Virus record (IMG/VR): IMGVR_UViG_3300017716_001697
Coordinates: 96,001-160,000 of that record
Reading direction: 5' to 3' (one strand)
Length of the DNA stretch: 64,000 bases
From: a virus
Taxonomy: Duplodnaviria; Caudoviricetes
Made by a program: the position numbers and the translations under genes. The notes below the pieces were generated by a model, which did not search any database, was not told where the DNA came from, and was given only the letters and a program-made list of their open reading frames with translations. Below, one piece after another: positions 54,768 through 63,207 of this stretch. Each line of letters starts with the position of its first letter. Within the stretch, counting starts at the first letter, position 1.

Positions 54768-56801
54768 ATGGCTTTCTTAAATATACCACTAAAGGCAATA
54801 CAGGGTAATATCACGTCGGTATCCGGGATTGCTACGATGCCTTGGTACAATCCATTGAGTTTTCCTGTAATACCCGGAGACCCACAACCTACGCCGCTAC
54901 AGAAAGATTTCAAGTGGCGTGTGACTATGGATATAGATATACAGACTCAGAGTTCATATCTTACACGCAAACCGGGATCGTATAATGGGCAAGACGTTAC
55001 GGTTGGTTTGTGGATGGCAAATGTAACAACCGGTCAAGCATGGCAAATCACATTAATAGAATCTAAAACTACTACGTCTGCTACCGTTATTCTACAGGAT
55101 ATCTATCGTTATAACACGTATAGGGATATGTCCGGTGGTGGCAACGGCGCACCCAATACTGGTGCATATATTATATTTAATATAGGTGATACAGGCGTAC
55201 CAGAGATTGATCCGGTTCCACCGGGTGGTGTATCGTCGACATTCGGTATAAACATTCAGAGTAGATTCGAATATATAAATCTACAGTATGATTATCCATT
55301 ATATCAGAGCGGCAACACATTCAATATTGGCGATGTTGTTGCAGTGGACACTACTACACACTCTTATGTAAAATCCGACTCATCTAGCAGGATTGTTGTT
55401 GGCCGTGTTACATCTATTTCCGACACAATACCTGGCTGGTTCACAATAAATCCAGTACAGAAAATCGTAGATAATCTTGATTATCTACCGGGATATGTCG
55501 GCGATATTATTTACTCTGATCTAACTATTCCTGGTGAAATTACTACCACTCCGGGCGGATCTCAGATATATGTTAAGTTGCGTAATAACACATCATCTAT
55601 ATCTATAAGCACTGTTAAAGATGGCTCAACAACCCCAGGTAATGTATTCCAATTAAACGGAATTGATGTTACAGTAGGTGGCACCGGTTCATTAAGTGAT
55701 GTTGCAGATGCCAGCAATTTACAGAGCCCACTAACAGACGTAGTTGCTTCTATTGTTATATCAGAAAATATAGTTCAGACTGACCCCTTGCTAATCAACC
55801 CAACATACGGTGAAGTATTATTATGGGCTGCAAGCCTATTTGCTACCGCACTCATTAATGGAGTACCTGTTGTATTTAATATATTATCAACAGACCCCGG
55901 GTATGAGAACTATGCAAGACCACAACAAATGGCGCAATCTATTAATGCTGCCAATATCCCTAATATTGTGGCTACAGTAATAGGTCAATCTTTAAGGATT
56001 ACAAATGTAGCAGGCGGTGCAATTACTATTGTTAATGGTGCCGCAGATTTAAATGGTATAGATTTTGCAGGTAATGCATCGGGCAGTGGTTTAGTATTAT
56101 CTACACCAGCAGTTTCCACATATCAGATAAAATTTATAACTGTTGATGCTCGTGCAATAAATTTCTTAGATGTAGTTGGCGCCACAGTCGACGATATAGG
56201 TCTTGTTTCCGTAGAAAACGGTGTAAAAGCTTGCGGACTTTATATTGAGGAAGGATTGCGTAATGCAATTTCTACAGTTGTATCGAATTTAGCAGCAATG
56301 TATGCATTATCACCATTGATTGGTGACCAAGCATATGTCATTGATAGTGCTGATGCACAAGGCAATAATGTAGGTGAATGGAGTTTATGGCTATTCAACG
56401 GAACTATATGGGTACAAACAAGTAACCAAGATAGTGCTACTACTGATGCGAAATCCATCGAATATACCGTTACAACGGCCAGCCCATCATCGATAAATAT
56501 TGGTAATATAAGTACAGGAAGACGTGTGACTCTTATTACAATTGAAGTAACTCAGGCATTTGATGCGCCAGCAGTATTAGCAATTGGATATGCAATTGAC
56601 AACCCAATTCCACCAACACCTGTACCAGATGGATTGATGATTTATGGATTGTCTGACTTGACAGTTGTGGGGACTTATACGACAAGCACAGACATACTAT
56701 TTGGAACAGATACAGTTCAGGGAGACGTAACAATTACTTCATTGTTTGTTGCGAATGGCTCAACCACAGGGTCGGCTCAAATCATTGTATCTTATGTGTA
56801 A
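54768..56801 (+). CDS. Virion structural protein (baseplate/tail-associated)
   Basis: 677 aa beta-rich ORF in structural operon. Confidence 0.55.
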   Translation: MAFLNIPLKAIQGNITSVSGIATMPWYNPLSFPVIPGDPQPTPLQKDFKWRVTMDIDIQTQSSYLTRKPGSYNGQDVTVGLWMANVTTGQAWQITLIESKTTTSATVILQDIYRYNTYRDMSGGGNGAPNTGAYIIFNIGDTGVPEIDPVPPGGVSSTFGINIQSRFEYINLQYDYPLYQSGNTFNIGDVVAVDTTTHSYVKSDSSSRIVVGRVTSISDTIPGWFTINPVQKIVDNLDYLPGYVGDIIYSDLTIPGEITTTPGGSQIYVKLRNNTSSISISTVKDGSTTPGNVFQLNGIDVTVGGTGSLSDVADASNLQSPLTDVVASIVISENIVQTDPLLINPTYGEVLLWAASLFATALINGVPVVFNILSTDPGYENYARPQQMAQSINAANIPNIVATVIGQSLRITNVAGGAITIVNGAADLNGIDFAGNASGSGLVLSTPAVSTYQIKFITVDARAINFLDVVGATVDDIGLVSVENGVKACGLYIEEGLRNAISTVVSNLAAMYALSPLIGDQAYVIDSADAQGNNVGEWSLWLFNGTIWVQTSNQDSATTDAKSIEYTVTTASPSSINIGNISTGRRVTLITIEVTQAFDAPAVLAIGYAIDNPIPPTPVPDGLMIYGLSDLTVVGTYTTSTDILFGTDTVQGDVTITSLFVANGSTTGSAQIIVSYV

Positions 56802-56816
56802 ATGGAAAGGGTATAG

Positions 56817-56823
56817 ATAAATA
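56817..56823 (+). promoter_or_regulatory. T4-late-like promoter ATAAATA
   Basis: Followed by AGGCCA-TAG-TGGCCT hairpin and AGGAG RBS. Confidence 0.6.
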
Positions 56824-56869
56824 AAGCGTTGAAGGCCATAGTGGCCTATAATTAGGAGAAATAAATAAA

Positions 56870-59800
56870 ATGGCTAATGTAAAAAATTTCGGTCTTATTG
56901 GCGTAGGTGCAGATCTACAGTTTGGTAAGGCTGGTACACGTCTTGTAAATAACGAAGGCGTATTTAACTTTAAGGCAGCAAATGGTTCGACAGACGTCGC
57001 ATTAACATCTGCTGGTATCACATCGTCTGCTGGTAATGTTACGTTAACAACTGGCAATGTAGTGTTGACAAGCGCATCCGGTGTCGTAAGCATCGGTGGC
57101 GATAATATGTTGCAAGCAGCAACTGGTGGTTATCCACAGTTGTCCGGTGTAGCATCCGTATTGATTCCTACAGGTGCTACCGCATCTCGTCCGGGTACAG
57201 GCGTTGCTGGTATGGTTCGTGTAAACAACGACACACCAACTGCATCTTATGTTGAATTCTTCAACGGTACAGCATGGGCTACACTTGCTACTGGTGGTTC
57301 CACTGGTGCTCTTCAGACAGAAATTGACAACATTGAAACTACATTAGGTACAATGATCAATACTGACGGTACATCGAATACAGCAGCAGCTCTAACAAGT
57401 TCGTTGTTCGGCGGTGCTTCCACATTGACAGCAGCATTGAACAACTTGGCATCTGGTATTTCTTCTAAAGATACACTTGATGAAATCGAGCCGGGCGAAG
57501 GCGCTGGTAAGGTATTGTACTTAGATGGTGGCAACACATGGCAACAAGCTCTTCCGGGTTCTACATCTGGTGTTCAGGCTTGGGACGCTGGTCTTGACGC
57601 ACTTTCTGCAAAGACATCCACAGGTATTATTGTTCAGACTGGTGCTGATACATACGGTACAGCTACAATCACAGGCCCAGCTAGCGGTATCTCCGTTACA
57701 AACGGTGACGGTGTTGCTGGTAACCCGACTCTTGCTCTTACTAACGACTTAGCAGCGTTAGAAAACTTGTCTGGTACAGGTTTTGCAGTTCGTTCTGCTG
57801 CTGATACATGGGTACAGCGTTCGTTAGTTGCTCCAGCAGCTGGCTTTACAATTACTGATCCTGCAGGTATTGCTGGTAACCCAACTTTTGCTCTTGCTAA
57901 TGACTTAGCAGCAGTGGAAGGTTTGACAACAGTCGGTTATATGGTTCGTACAGGTGACGGCACAGCAGCTACACGTACAATGAATGTTGTTTCTGGCGAT
58001 TTGGCTATCACAGGTGATGCTGACGGTCAATCCACAGATACTACATTTGGTTTGGCAACAGTTACACAAGCTGCAACAGGTTCTTTCGTTAAGGTTACAC
58101 TTGACACTAAGGGTCGTGTTACAGGTAATACAGCAGTAACAACATCTGATATCACAACATTAGTTGATGGTACATATGTTAATGTAACTGGCGATTCCAT
58201 GAGCGGTATCTTATCGTTTACTGGTGGTGCTACTGTTACAGGTCTTCCAACTCCAGTTAACGCAACTGATGCAGCTAACAAGTCTTATGTTGACAATGCT
58301 GTAGCTGGTATGACATGGAAAGCAGCAGCTAATTTACTTTCGGGTACTGATTTCCCATTGACAGGTACATGGGCAAGTATTACTGCTGGTATCGACGGTC
58401 ACCCACTTGATATTACTGATGTCGGTTACAGACTATTGCTTACTGGTCAGACAACTGATACAGAAAATGGTATCTGGACACTTACAAACATCGACGGTAC
58501 AAACTACTTGTTAGTACGTGCTTCGGATGCTGATACATATCAAGAACTTATTGGTGCTTCCATATTTGTTCAAGAAGGTACAGTATACGCTAATACAGGT
58601 TGGACACAATCTAACCATTACTTGACATCGTTTGCTGCTCAAAACTGGGTACAGTTCTCCGGCGCTGGCGCTTATTCCGGTGGTGTTGGTATTACAGTTT
58701 CTGGTACAATCATTAGTGCTAACTTAGGTGCTGGTGTTACTAACTTGCCATCTGGCGAAATTGGTTTAGATATCGTTTCCAACTTAGCTGTACAACTAAC
58801 TTCGACAGCCACAGGCGGTCAGTTAACATTAGTACTTGATACAGGCTCTGGTTTGTCTCAGTCGGCGACAGGTTTGAAGATTGCAGCAGCTGGCGTTACA
58901 AACGCAATGCTTGCTAACCCAGGCTTCACACTTAACGCTGATAGCGGTACAGATGCATCTGGTTTGCAACTTGGTGATACATTAATGATCAAGGGTACAT
59001 CTACACAGGGTATCGTAACTTCTGTGACAGAATCCCCAGCTGGTACATCGGAATTCACTATTACTGCTTCTAACGCTTCTTCTAGCCAGAAGGGTGTTGC
59101 TTCGTTTGATGCTACACAGTTCACAGTAACAGCTGGTAATGTTGTACTTGGTACAGTTCCAAATAGCGCACTTGCTAACAGCGTAATTACATTCACTGGT
59201 ACATCCGGTTCTGATGCAGTTGCTTTAGGTGAGTCTTTTGCAATTACTGGCACAGGTGGTATCACAACAGCAGTTACAGCAAATGCTATTACTGTTGATC
59301 TTGGTACAGTTGCAGTAAACCATGGTGGTACTGGCTTAACAACATTAGCAGTTAACCAGTTGTTGATTGGTAACGGTACAAGTCCAGTTGCACAATCCGC
59401 TAACCTTACATTCGCAGCTGATGTGTTGACAGTTGGTGGTGCATTACCATTGACATTCGACGGTGCGCTTGGTGCAATTTCTGCTACTGCTACAAACAGC
59501 GATTTAGTGCTTATGCCTAATGGTACTGGATCTGTAGTTGTTGGCCCAGTTGGTGCTGGTTTGATCCAGTCCGATGCAGCTACAGCATTGACAATCCGTG
59601 GTAACACAACGTTGACATTAGAATCTGGTACAGGCGATACAACAATGTTGTTGACAACTGGTACAGGCAGCAAAGTTACAGTTTCTGGTCCTACAGCAGC
59701 TGACTATGCAACAGGTCTTACAGCCAATGATCTTACCAACAAGCAATATGTTGATGATGCTATTCAATCTGGTGCAGCTTCTGGTTCTATCAAGGCTGTC

Positions 59801-60091
59801 AAGGTTGCATTGTCTGGTGCAGGAACAACAAACATCGGTGCAGCAATGCCAGCTGGTGCAACAGTTCTTTCTGTTAAGTTGCAAGTAACTGTTGCTGAAG
59901 CAACTGGTACAGTTTCTGTTGGTAAGACAGGAAGTGTTGCAGCATACATGACAACAGCAGAAAACGATCCATCTACAACTGGTTTGTACTTGGCTGAAAC
60001 ATATGTAACAGAAGCCGCTTCTGAGCAAGTAATTGCTACAGTTGCAGTTGGTGGTACATACAATGTTATCGTTGAATACCAAGTCGCTTAA
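56870..60091 (+). CDS. Long tail fibre-like protein (1073 aa)
   Basis: G/T/A-rich; NGDGVAGNPTLAL repeats, LDTKGRVT, DAANKSYVD / DLTNKQYVD, ASSSQKGVASF. Confidence 0.75.
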   Translation: MANVKNFGLIGVGADLQFGKAGTRLVNNEGVFNFKAANGSTDVALTSAGITSSAGNVTLTTGNVVLTSASGVVSIGGDNMLQAATGGYPQLSGVASVLIPTGATASRPGTGVAGMVRVNNDTPTASYVEFFNGTAWATLATGGSTGALQTEIDNIETTLGTMINTDGTSNTAAALTSSLFGGASTLTAALNNLASGISSKDTLDEIEPGEGAGKVLYLDGGNTWQQALPGSTSGVQAWDAGLDALSAKTSTGIIVQTGADTYGTATITGPASGISVTNGDGVAGNPTLALTNDLAALENLSGTGFAVRSAADTWVQRSLVAPAAGFTITDPAGIAGNPTFALANDLAAVEGLTTVGYMVRTGDGTAATRTMNVVSGDLAITGDADGQSTDTTFGLATVTQAATGSFVKVTLDTKGRVTGNTAVTTSDITTLVDGTYVNVTGDSMSGILSFTGGATVTGLPTPVNATDAANKSYVDNAVAGMTWKAAANLLSGTDFPLTGTWASITAGIDGHPLDITDVGYRLLLTGQTTDTENGIWTLTNIDGTNYLLVRASDADTYQELIGASIFVQEGTVYANTGWTQSNHYLTSFAAQNWVQFSGAGAYSGGVGITVSGTIISANLGAGVTNLPSGEIGLDIVSNLAVQLTSTATGGQLTLVLDTGSGLSQSATGLKIAAAGVTNAMLANPGFTLNADSGTDASGLQLGDTLMIKGTSTQGIVTSVTESPAGTSEFTITASNASSSQKGVASFDATQFTVTAGNVVLGTVPNSALANSVITFTGTSGSDAVALGESFAITGTGGITTAVTANAITVDLGTVAVNHGGTGLTTLAVNQLLIGNGTSPVAQSANLTFAADVLTVGGALPLTFDGALGAISATATNSDLVLMPNGTGSVVVGPVGAGLIQSDAATALTIRGNTTLTLESGTGDTTMLLTTGTGSKVTVSGPTAADYATGLTANDLTNKQYVDDAIQSGAASGSIKAVKVALSGAGTTNIGAAMPAGATVLSVKLQVTVAEATGTVSVGKTGSVAAYMTTAENDPSTTGLYLAETYVTEAASEQVIATVAVGGTYNVIVEYQVA

Positions 60092-60137
60092 TAGCTGACC
60101 AATAATAGCTACCCGAAAGAGTAGCTATACATAAATA

Positions 60138-60167
60138 AGGCCTCGGTTAACCCCGGGGCTTTTTTAC
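60138..60167 (+). terminator. Intrinsic terminator
   Basis: GGCCTCGG-loop-CCGGGGCT-TTTTT, preceded by ATAGCTAC..GTAGCTAT hairpin. Confidence 0.7.
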
Positions 60168-60176
60168 GGCTATACG

Positions 60177-60183
60177 ATAAATA
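60177..60183 (+). promoter_or_regulatory. T4-late-like promoter ATAAATA
   Basis: Direct match. Confidence 0.55.
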
Positions 60184-60202
60184 CAGTACAACAGGAAACA
60201 TT

Positions 60203-60493
60203 ATGAAAATACTTAAAATACTCGATGACTCGCTAAAAGATAACGCCACCGGACAATATTCACATGCACGTATAATTGCTATGTTGGTTGCATTCGCTGC
60301 TACAATTTTTATGTGGAAGCTTATTGTATTGGGTGGTATGAATATTGAATACTTTATCAGCTACCTTGCATATGGCACTGGCGCACAAACACTAAACAAA
60401 TTCTTAGATAACAGAGATCCTACACGCCCTGCAGTCGCTATACCGAAACCTGCTGTGGTTGATGAACTACCACCGAAACCGCCAAAACCTTAA
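60203..60493 (+). CDS. Small two-TM membrane protein, holin candidate
   Basis: Late promoter; two hydrophobic segments; Pro/Lys-rich C-terminus. Confidence 0.5.
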   Translation: MKILKILDDSLKDNATGQYSHARIIAMLVAFAATIFMWKLIVLGGMNIEYFISYLAYGTGAQTLNKFLDNRDPTRPAVAIPKPAVVDELPPKPPKP

Positions 60494-60531
60494 TTTTTAC
60501 CACATATTAAGTGAATAATTGCTGCACTGCA

Positions 60532-60538
60532 ATAAATA
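60532..60538 (+). promoter_or_regulatory. T4-late-like promoter ATAAATA
   Basis: Direct match. Confidence 0.55.
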
Positions 60539-60552
60539 CGTTATACTAAAGA

Positions 60553-60576
60553 CACTGTGCTCATGGTGAGGCAGTG
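60553..60576 (+). promoter_or_regulatory. Leader hairpin matching the hsp20 leader hairpin
   Basis: CACUG-UG-CUCA-UGG-UGAG-G-CAGUG. Confidence 0.55.
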
Positions 60577-60620
60577 AATTAGTACAAGTGGCCACAATGG
60601 CACAAAAGGAGATCATTATT

Positions 60621-61001
60621 ATGACAACAAATACATTCGCATCAATGCAAGATTTTTTCAAGACAACATCAGCTTCCACAATGGATGTGTTCAAAGCAAT
60701 TCCTAAGACACAAGACGAAGCTAAGGCAATGTTTGAAAAGGTTCAGGCAGTGTTTAAGGCCGAAGGTGAAAATGCACACGACATGTGGACAACATACTTC
60801 AAGGCAGCTAAGGGCGATGCTACACCAAACGAAATTGCATCAGCAAATAGCAAGGCAGTTGAAATGCTAAAGACAACAGCATTCGCTGGCATGTTGGCAG
60901 TCCCGGGCACTATTTTTGTATTACCTATGTTGGTAACAAAGGCTAAGGAATACAATGTAGATCTAGTCCCTAAATCTGTTTCAAAACAGTTTAGCATCTA
61001 A
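60621..61001 (+). CDS. Hypothetical helical protein
   Basis: AAGGAG RBS, ATG 60621. Confidence 0.65.
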   Translation: MTTNTFASMQDFFKTTSASTMDVFKAIPKTQDEAKAMFEKVQAVFKAEGENAHDMWTTYFKAAKGDATPNEIASANSKAVEMLKTTAFAGMLAVPGTIFVLPMLVTKAKEYNVDLVPKSVSKQFSI

Positions 61002-61017
61002 TCACACATTGCTGATT

Positions 61018-61040
61018 AAAGGGTCTTCGGGCCCTTTCTT
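61018..61040 (+). terminator. Intrinsic terminator
   Basis: AAAGGGTC-TTCG-GGCCCTTT-CTT. Confidence 0.8.
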
Positions 61041-61069
61041 TATGGCCGCAAGATTTGCCACAAAAGAAG

Positions 61070-61076
61070 ATAAATA
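61070..61076 (+). promoter_or_regulatory. T4-late-like promoter ATAAATA, 5 nt before ATG
   Basis: ATAAATA-CTACT-ATG. Confidence 0.6.
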
Positions 61077-61081
61077 CTACT

Positions 61082-61669
61082 ATGAAAATATTAGAAATAC
61101 TGCTACCTAAAGAGATAAACGATAAAAGTATCTCTAAGAAACATGCCACCAAGATTGATGTACTACAGAGACGTATGAATGCTTATGTAGATAAGATTGC
61201 CGATCCAAGCACATCAACTAAAGGTAAAGAGTTTCTTAAGGCTAAACTAAAGACTGATTATGACGAATTGCGTGATGTGATTCAAACAGTGTCAGAAGAG
61301 AGTAACACAACTGTGAATGAAGCGGTACATAAACTGCCATTAACTGATGCAGATTTCGATTTAGTGAAGGGCCTAATGGAACGGCCAATTCCGGCAGTTA
61401 TCGCACCTATCTATATAAGTGAAATTATTGATGACGATGAATTCACTAGCTTATTGCAAGAATTTGAAGAGAAGGACCCGGGCGCAGATATGAGGCCACA
61501 TATTGTAGATTGGATGAAACGTGTCATGCCGGACCAGATGCATAGATTCTATGGTGGTCAGACAACAAAACAACGCGCCGGCCAAACTTCGGTAATTCAC
61601 GGATATGACCCACAGATGTATCACGGGTCAAACGAGGCAACTACTGGTAATGCATACGGTAGGATATAA
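61082..61669 (+). CDS. Putative head-internal protein (starts MKILEILLPKE)
   Basis: Late promoter; N-terminal motif family. Confidence 0.6.
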   Translation: MKILEILLPKEINDKSISKKHATKIDVLQRRMNAYVDKIADPSTSTKGKEFLKAKLKTDYDELRDVIQTVSEESNTTVNEAVHKLPLTDADFDLVKGLMERPIPAVIAPIYISEIIDDDEFTSLLQEFEEKDPGADMRPHIVDWMKRVMPDQMHRFYGGQTTKQRAGQTSVIHGYDPQMYHGSNEATTGNAYGRI

Positions 61670-62259
61670 TGCGTTTATTTGAACTTATCTGTGAGAGTAG
61701 GAGTGCAGATTTGTATCACGGTACAAATATGACAAAATTGACAAGAATGTTGCACGATAATGTCTTGGTTGCACAAACACCAATTCATAATGAGAACATT
61801 CCGAAAGAATTCAAAGGATTGACGCGTACTGTTTCTTTAACAAGAAACGCTGGCATGGCTACTAATTTCGCAAGAAGTAAAGCAGGTGGCGAGCAAGGTA
61901 TTGACTCGATCCCTGTTGTTATTGTGTTAGACCAAGATAAATTACACAGAAAATTAGGTAGGCGCATTAGGCCGTATAACGATCTAGCTTCACTTGCTCA
62001 TTCAACTGAACGAGCAGCAGGTGGCGGCGAATACGAAGAAGTTGTATTTGGTAGCATAAACGATATAAATTCGTATATAAAGAATATAGTTGTTCACATT
62101 AACCCAAATGTGAAGAAAGAAAATATAAAAGATTTTAACAAGGCTAAGATGGTATTCGATGATCCACGTACCGTTGTTGTAGATTTTCTTAATAAGAATC
62201 TCACAGGCAAACAGTTTATGCAACTGACAGCACCAAAACAAGATGTTCCACCTATATAA
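61669..62259 (+). CDS. ADP-ribosyltransferase-fold protein, putative virion-packaged
   Basis: LYHGT, VSLTRN, EYEEVV in ART order; MRLFELICES leader. Confidence 0.55.
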   Translation: MRLFELICESRSADLYHGTNMTKLTRMLHDNVLVAQTPIHNENIPKEFKGLTRTVSLTRNAGMATNFARSKAGGEQGIDSIPVVIVLDQDKLHRKLGRRIRPYNDLASLAHSTERAAGGGEYEEVVFGSINDINSYIKNIVVHINPNVKKENIKDFNKAKMVFDDPRTVVVDFLNKNLTGKQFMQLTAPKQDVPPI

Positions 62260-62812
62260 ACTATCAGCAATTATAGCCACCACCTTATTAGTTGGGTGTG
62301 GCACATTAGGCACAGCACCAGTTGCCCCTGATGCAGAAATACTCAAGAGTGTACCGACGAGATCCATTGTGCTCGAAACTCAGGCATTGCTGCCGCATGC
62401 CGAAATGGCTATGTCAGCAATGCCTTCCGAACCAATTGTTGAAAGAGTTGAGGTCACCGGGAGTAGATTATCATCGGAGTCTGTCAAGTCATTCATACCT
62501 ACAACCAAGAAAGCAGTTAAAGTAATTAAGGCCGTGAAGGATGCATTAGCTGACGAGACAGCACCTACCGCACCACCTAGCACAGCACCTACCGCTACAC
62601 CAACCGCACCCGGTCCTACTCCGCGCCCCGCACAGACAGGTGCTAAACTACAGGTATTAGGTATAGATTTAGAGTTCTGGGTAGGTAACGATGACAACTG
62701 GAGTACAGTTTGGAAATTAATTGTCCTTGTGCTATTTGTATATGGTGGATTACGATTTATCAACCTAATAGTGACATACCTCGGTTCAATAACTTTAAGA
62801 ACACAATCATGA
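62243..62812 (+). CDS. Lipoprotein with C-terminal TM helix (u-spanin-like topology)
   Basis: Signal with LLVG-C lipobox; P/A/T-rich linker; [24 protein letters not shown]. Confidence 0.55.
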   Translation: MFHLYKLSAIIATTLLVGCGTLGTAPVAPDAEILKSVPTRSIVLETQALLPHAEMAMSAMPSEPIVERVEVTGSRLSSESVKSFIPTTKKAVKVIKAVKDALADETAPTAPPSTAPTATPTAPGPTPRPAQTGAKLQVLGIDLEFWVGNDDNWSTVWKLIVLVLFVYGGLRFINLIVTYLGSITLRTQS

Positions 62813-63132
62813 TAACAATAACAGAAACAGCAGCAACAAGAATAATCGGCATATTGGCAGAAGAAAATAGCCCTACATCGAGATTAAGAATGTTTGTGCA
62901 GGGTGGCGGGTGTAGTGGATTCTCTTATGGATTTACAATAGATAATGTTGTTAACGAAGACGACACTGCGATCAACGAAAGCAATGTTCCGATAGTAATT
63001 GATTCGATGAGCTATCAGTACCTTGTAGGATGTACCCTTGACTACGAAGAAACATTAATGAATTCCCAATTTGTTATTAAAAATCCCAACAGCAGTTCCA
63101 CATGTGGTTGTGGTTCGAGTTTCTCAGTATAA
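62809..63132 (+). CDS. erpA: A-type Fe-S carrier (ErpA/IscA/HesB family)
   Basis: [39 protein letters not shown]. Confidence 0.92.
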   Translation: MITITETAATRIIGILAEENSPTSRLRMFVQGGGCSGFSYGFTIDNVVNEDDTAINESNVPIVIDSMSYQYLVGCTLDYEETLMNSQFVIKNPNSSSTCGCGSSFSV

Positions 63133-63136
63133 CTTT

Positions 63137-63165
63137 TTGACTTTCGTAAACGTGCCTGCTATACT
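63137..63165 (+). promoter_or_regulatory. sigma70-type promoter TTGACT-N17-TATACT
   Basis: TTGACTTTCG variant upstream of replication genes. Confidence 0.75.
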
Positions 63166-63207
63166 AGCAGCTAATGCTAAGTATATCACTATAGTTCAGG
63201 AGTTAAA

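Noticed and set aside
58858-59673. Long minus-strand ORFs under tail-fibre and other genes (also 53387-54049, 29187-30008, 11595-12284, 20377-21054)
   Set aside because: Antisense shadows of codon-biased plus-strand genes; no RBS, promoter or recognisable domains.
60131-60137. ATAAATA as a functional late promoter
   Set aside because: It is followed immediately by a terminator hairpin and U-tract, so any transcript would be about 30 nt; probably a chance match, although a tiny RNA cannot be excluded.
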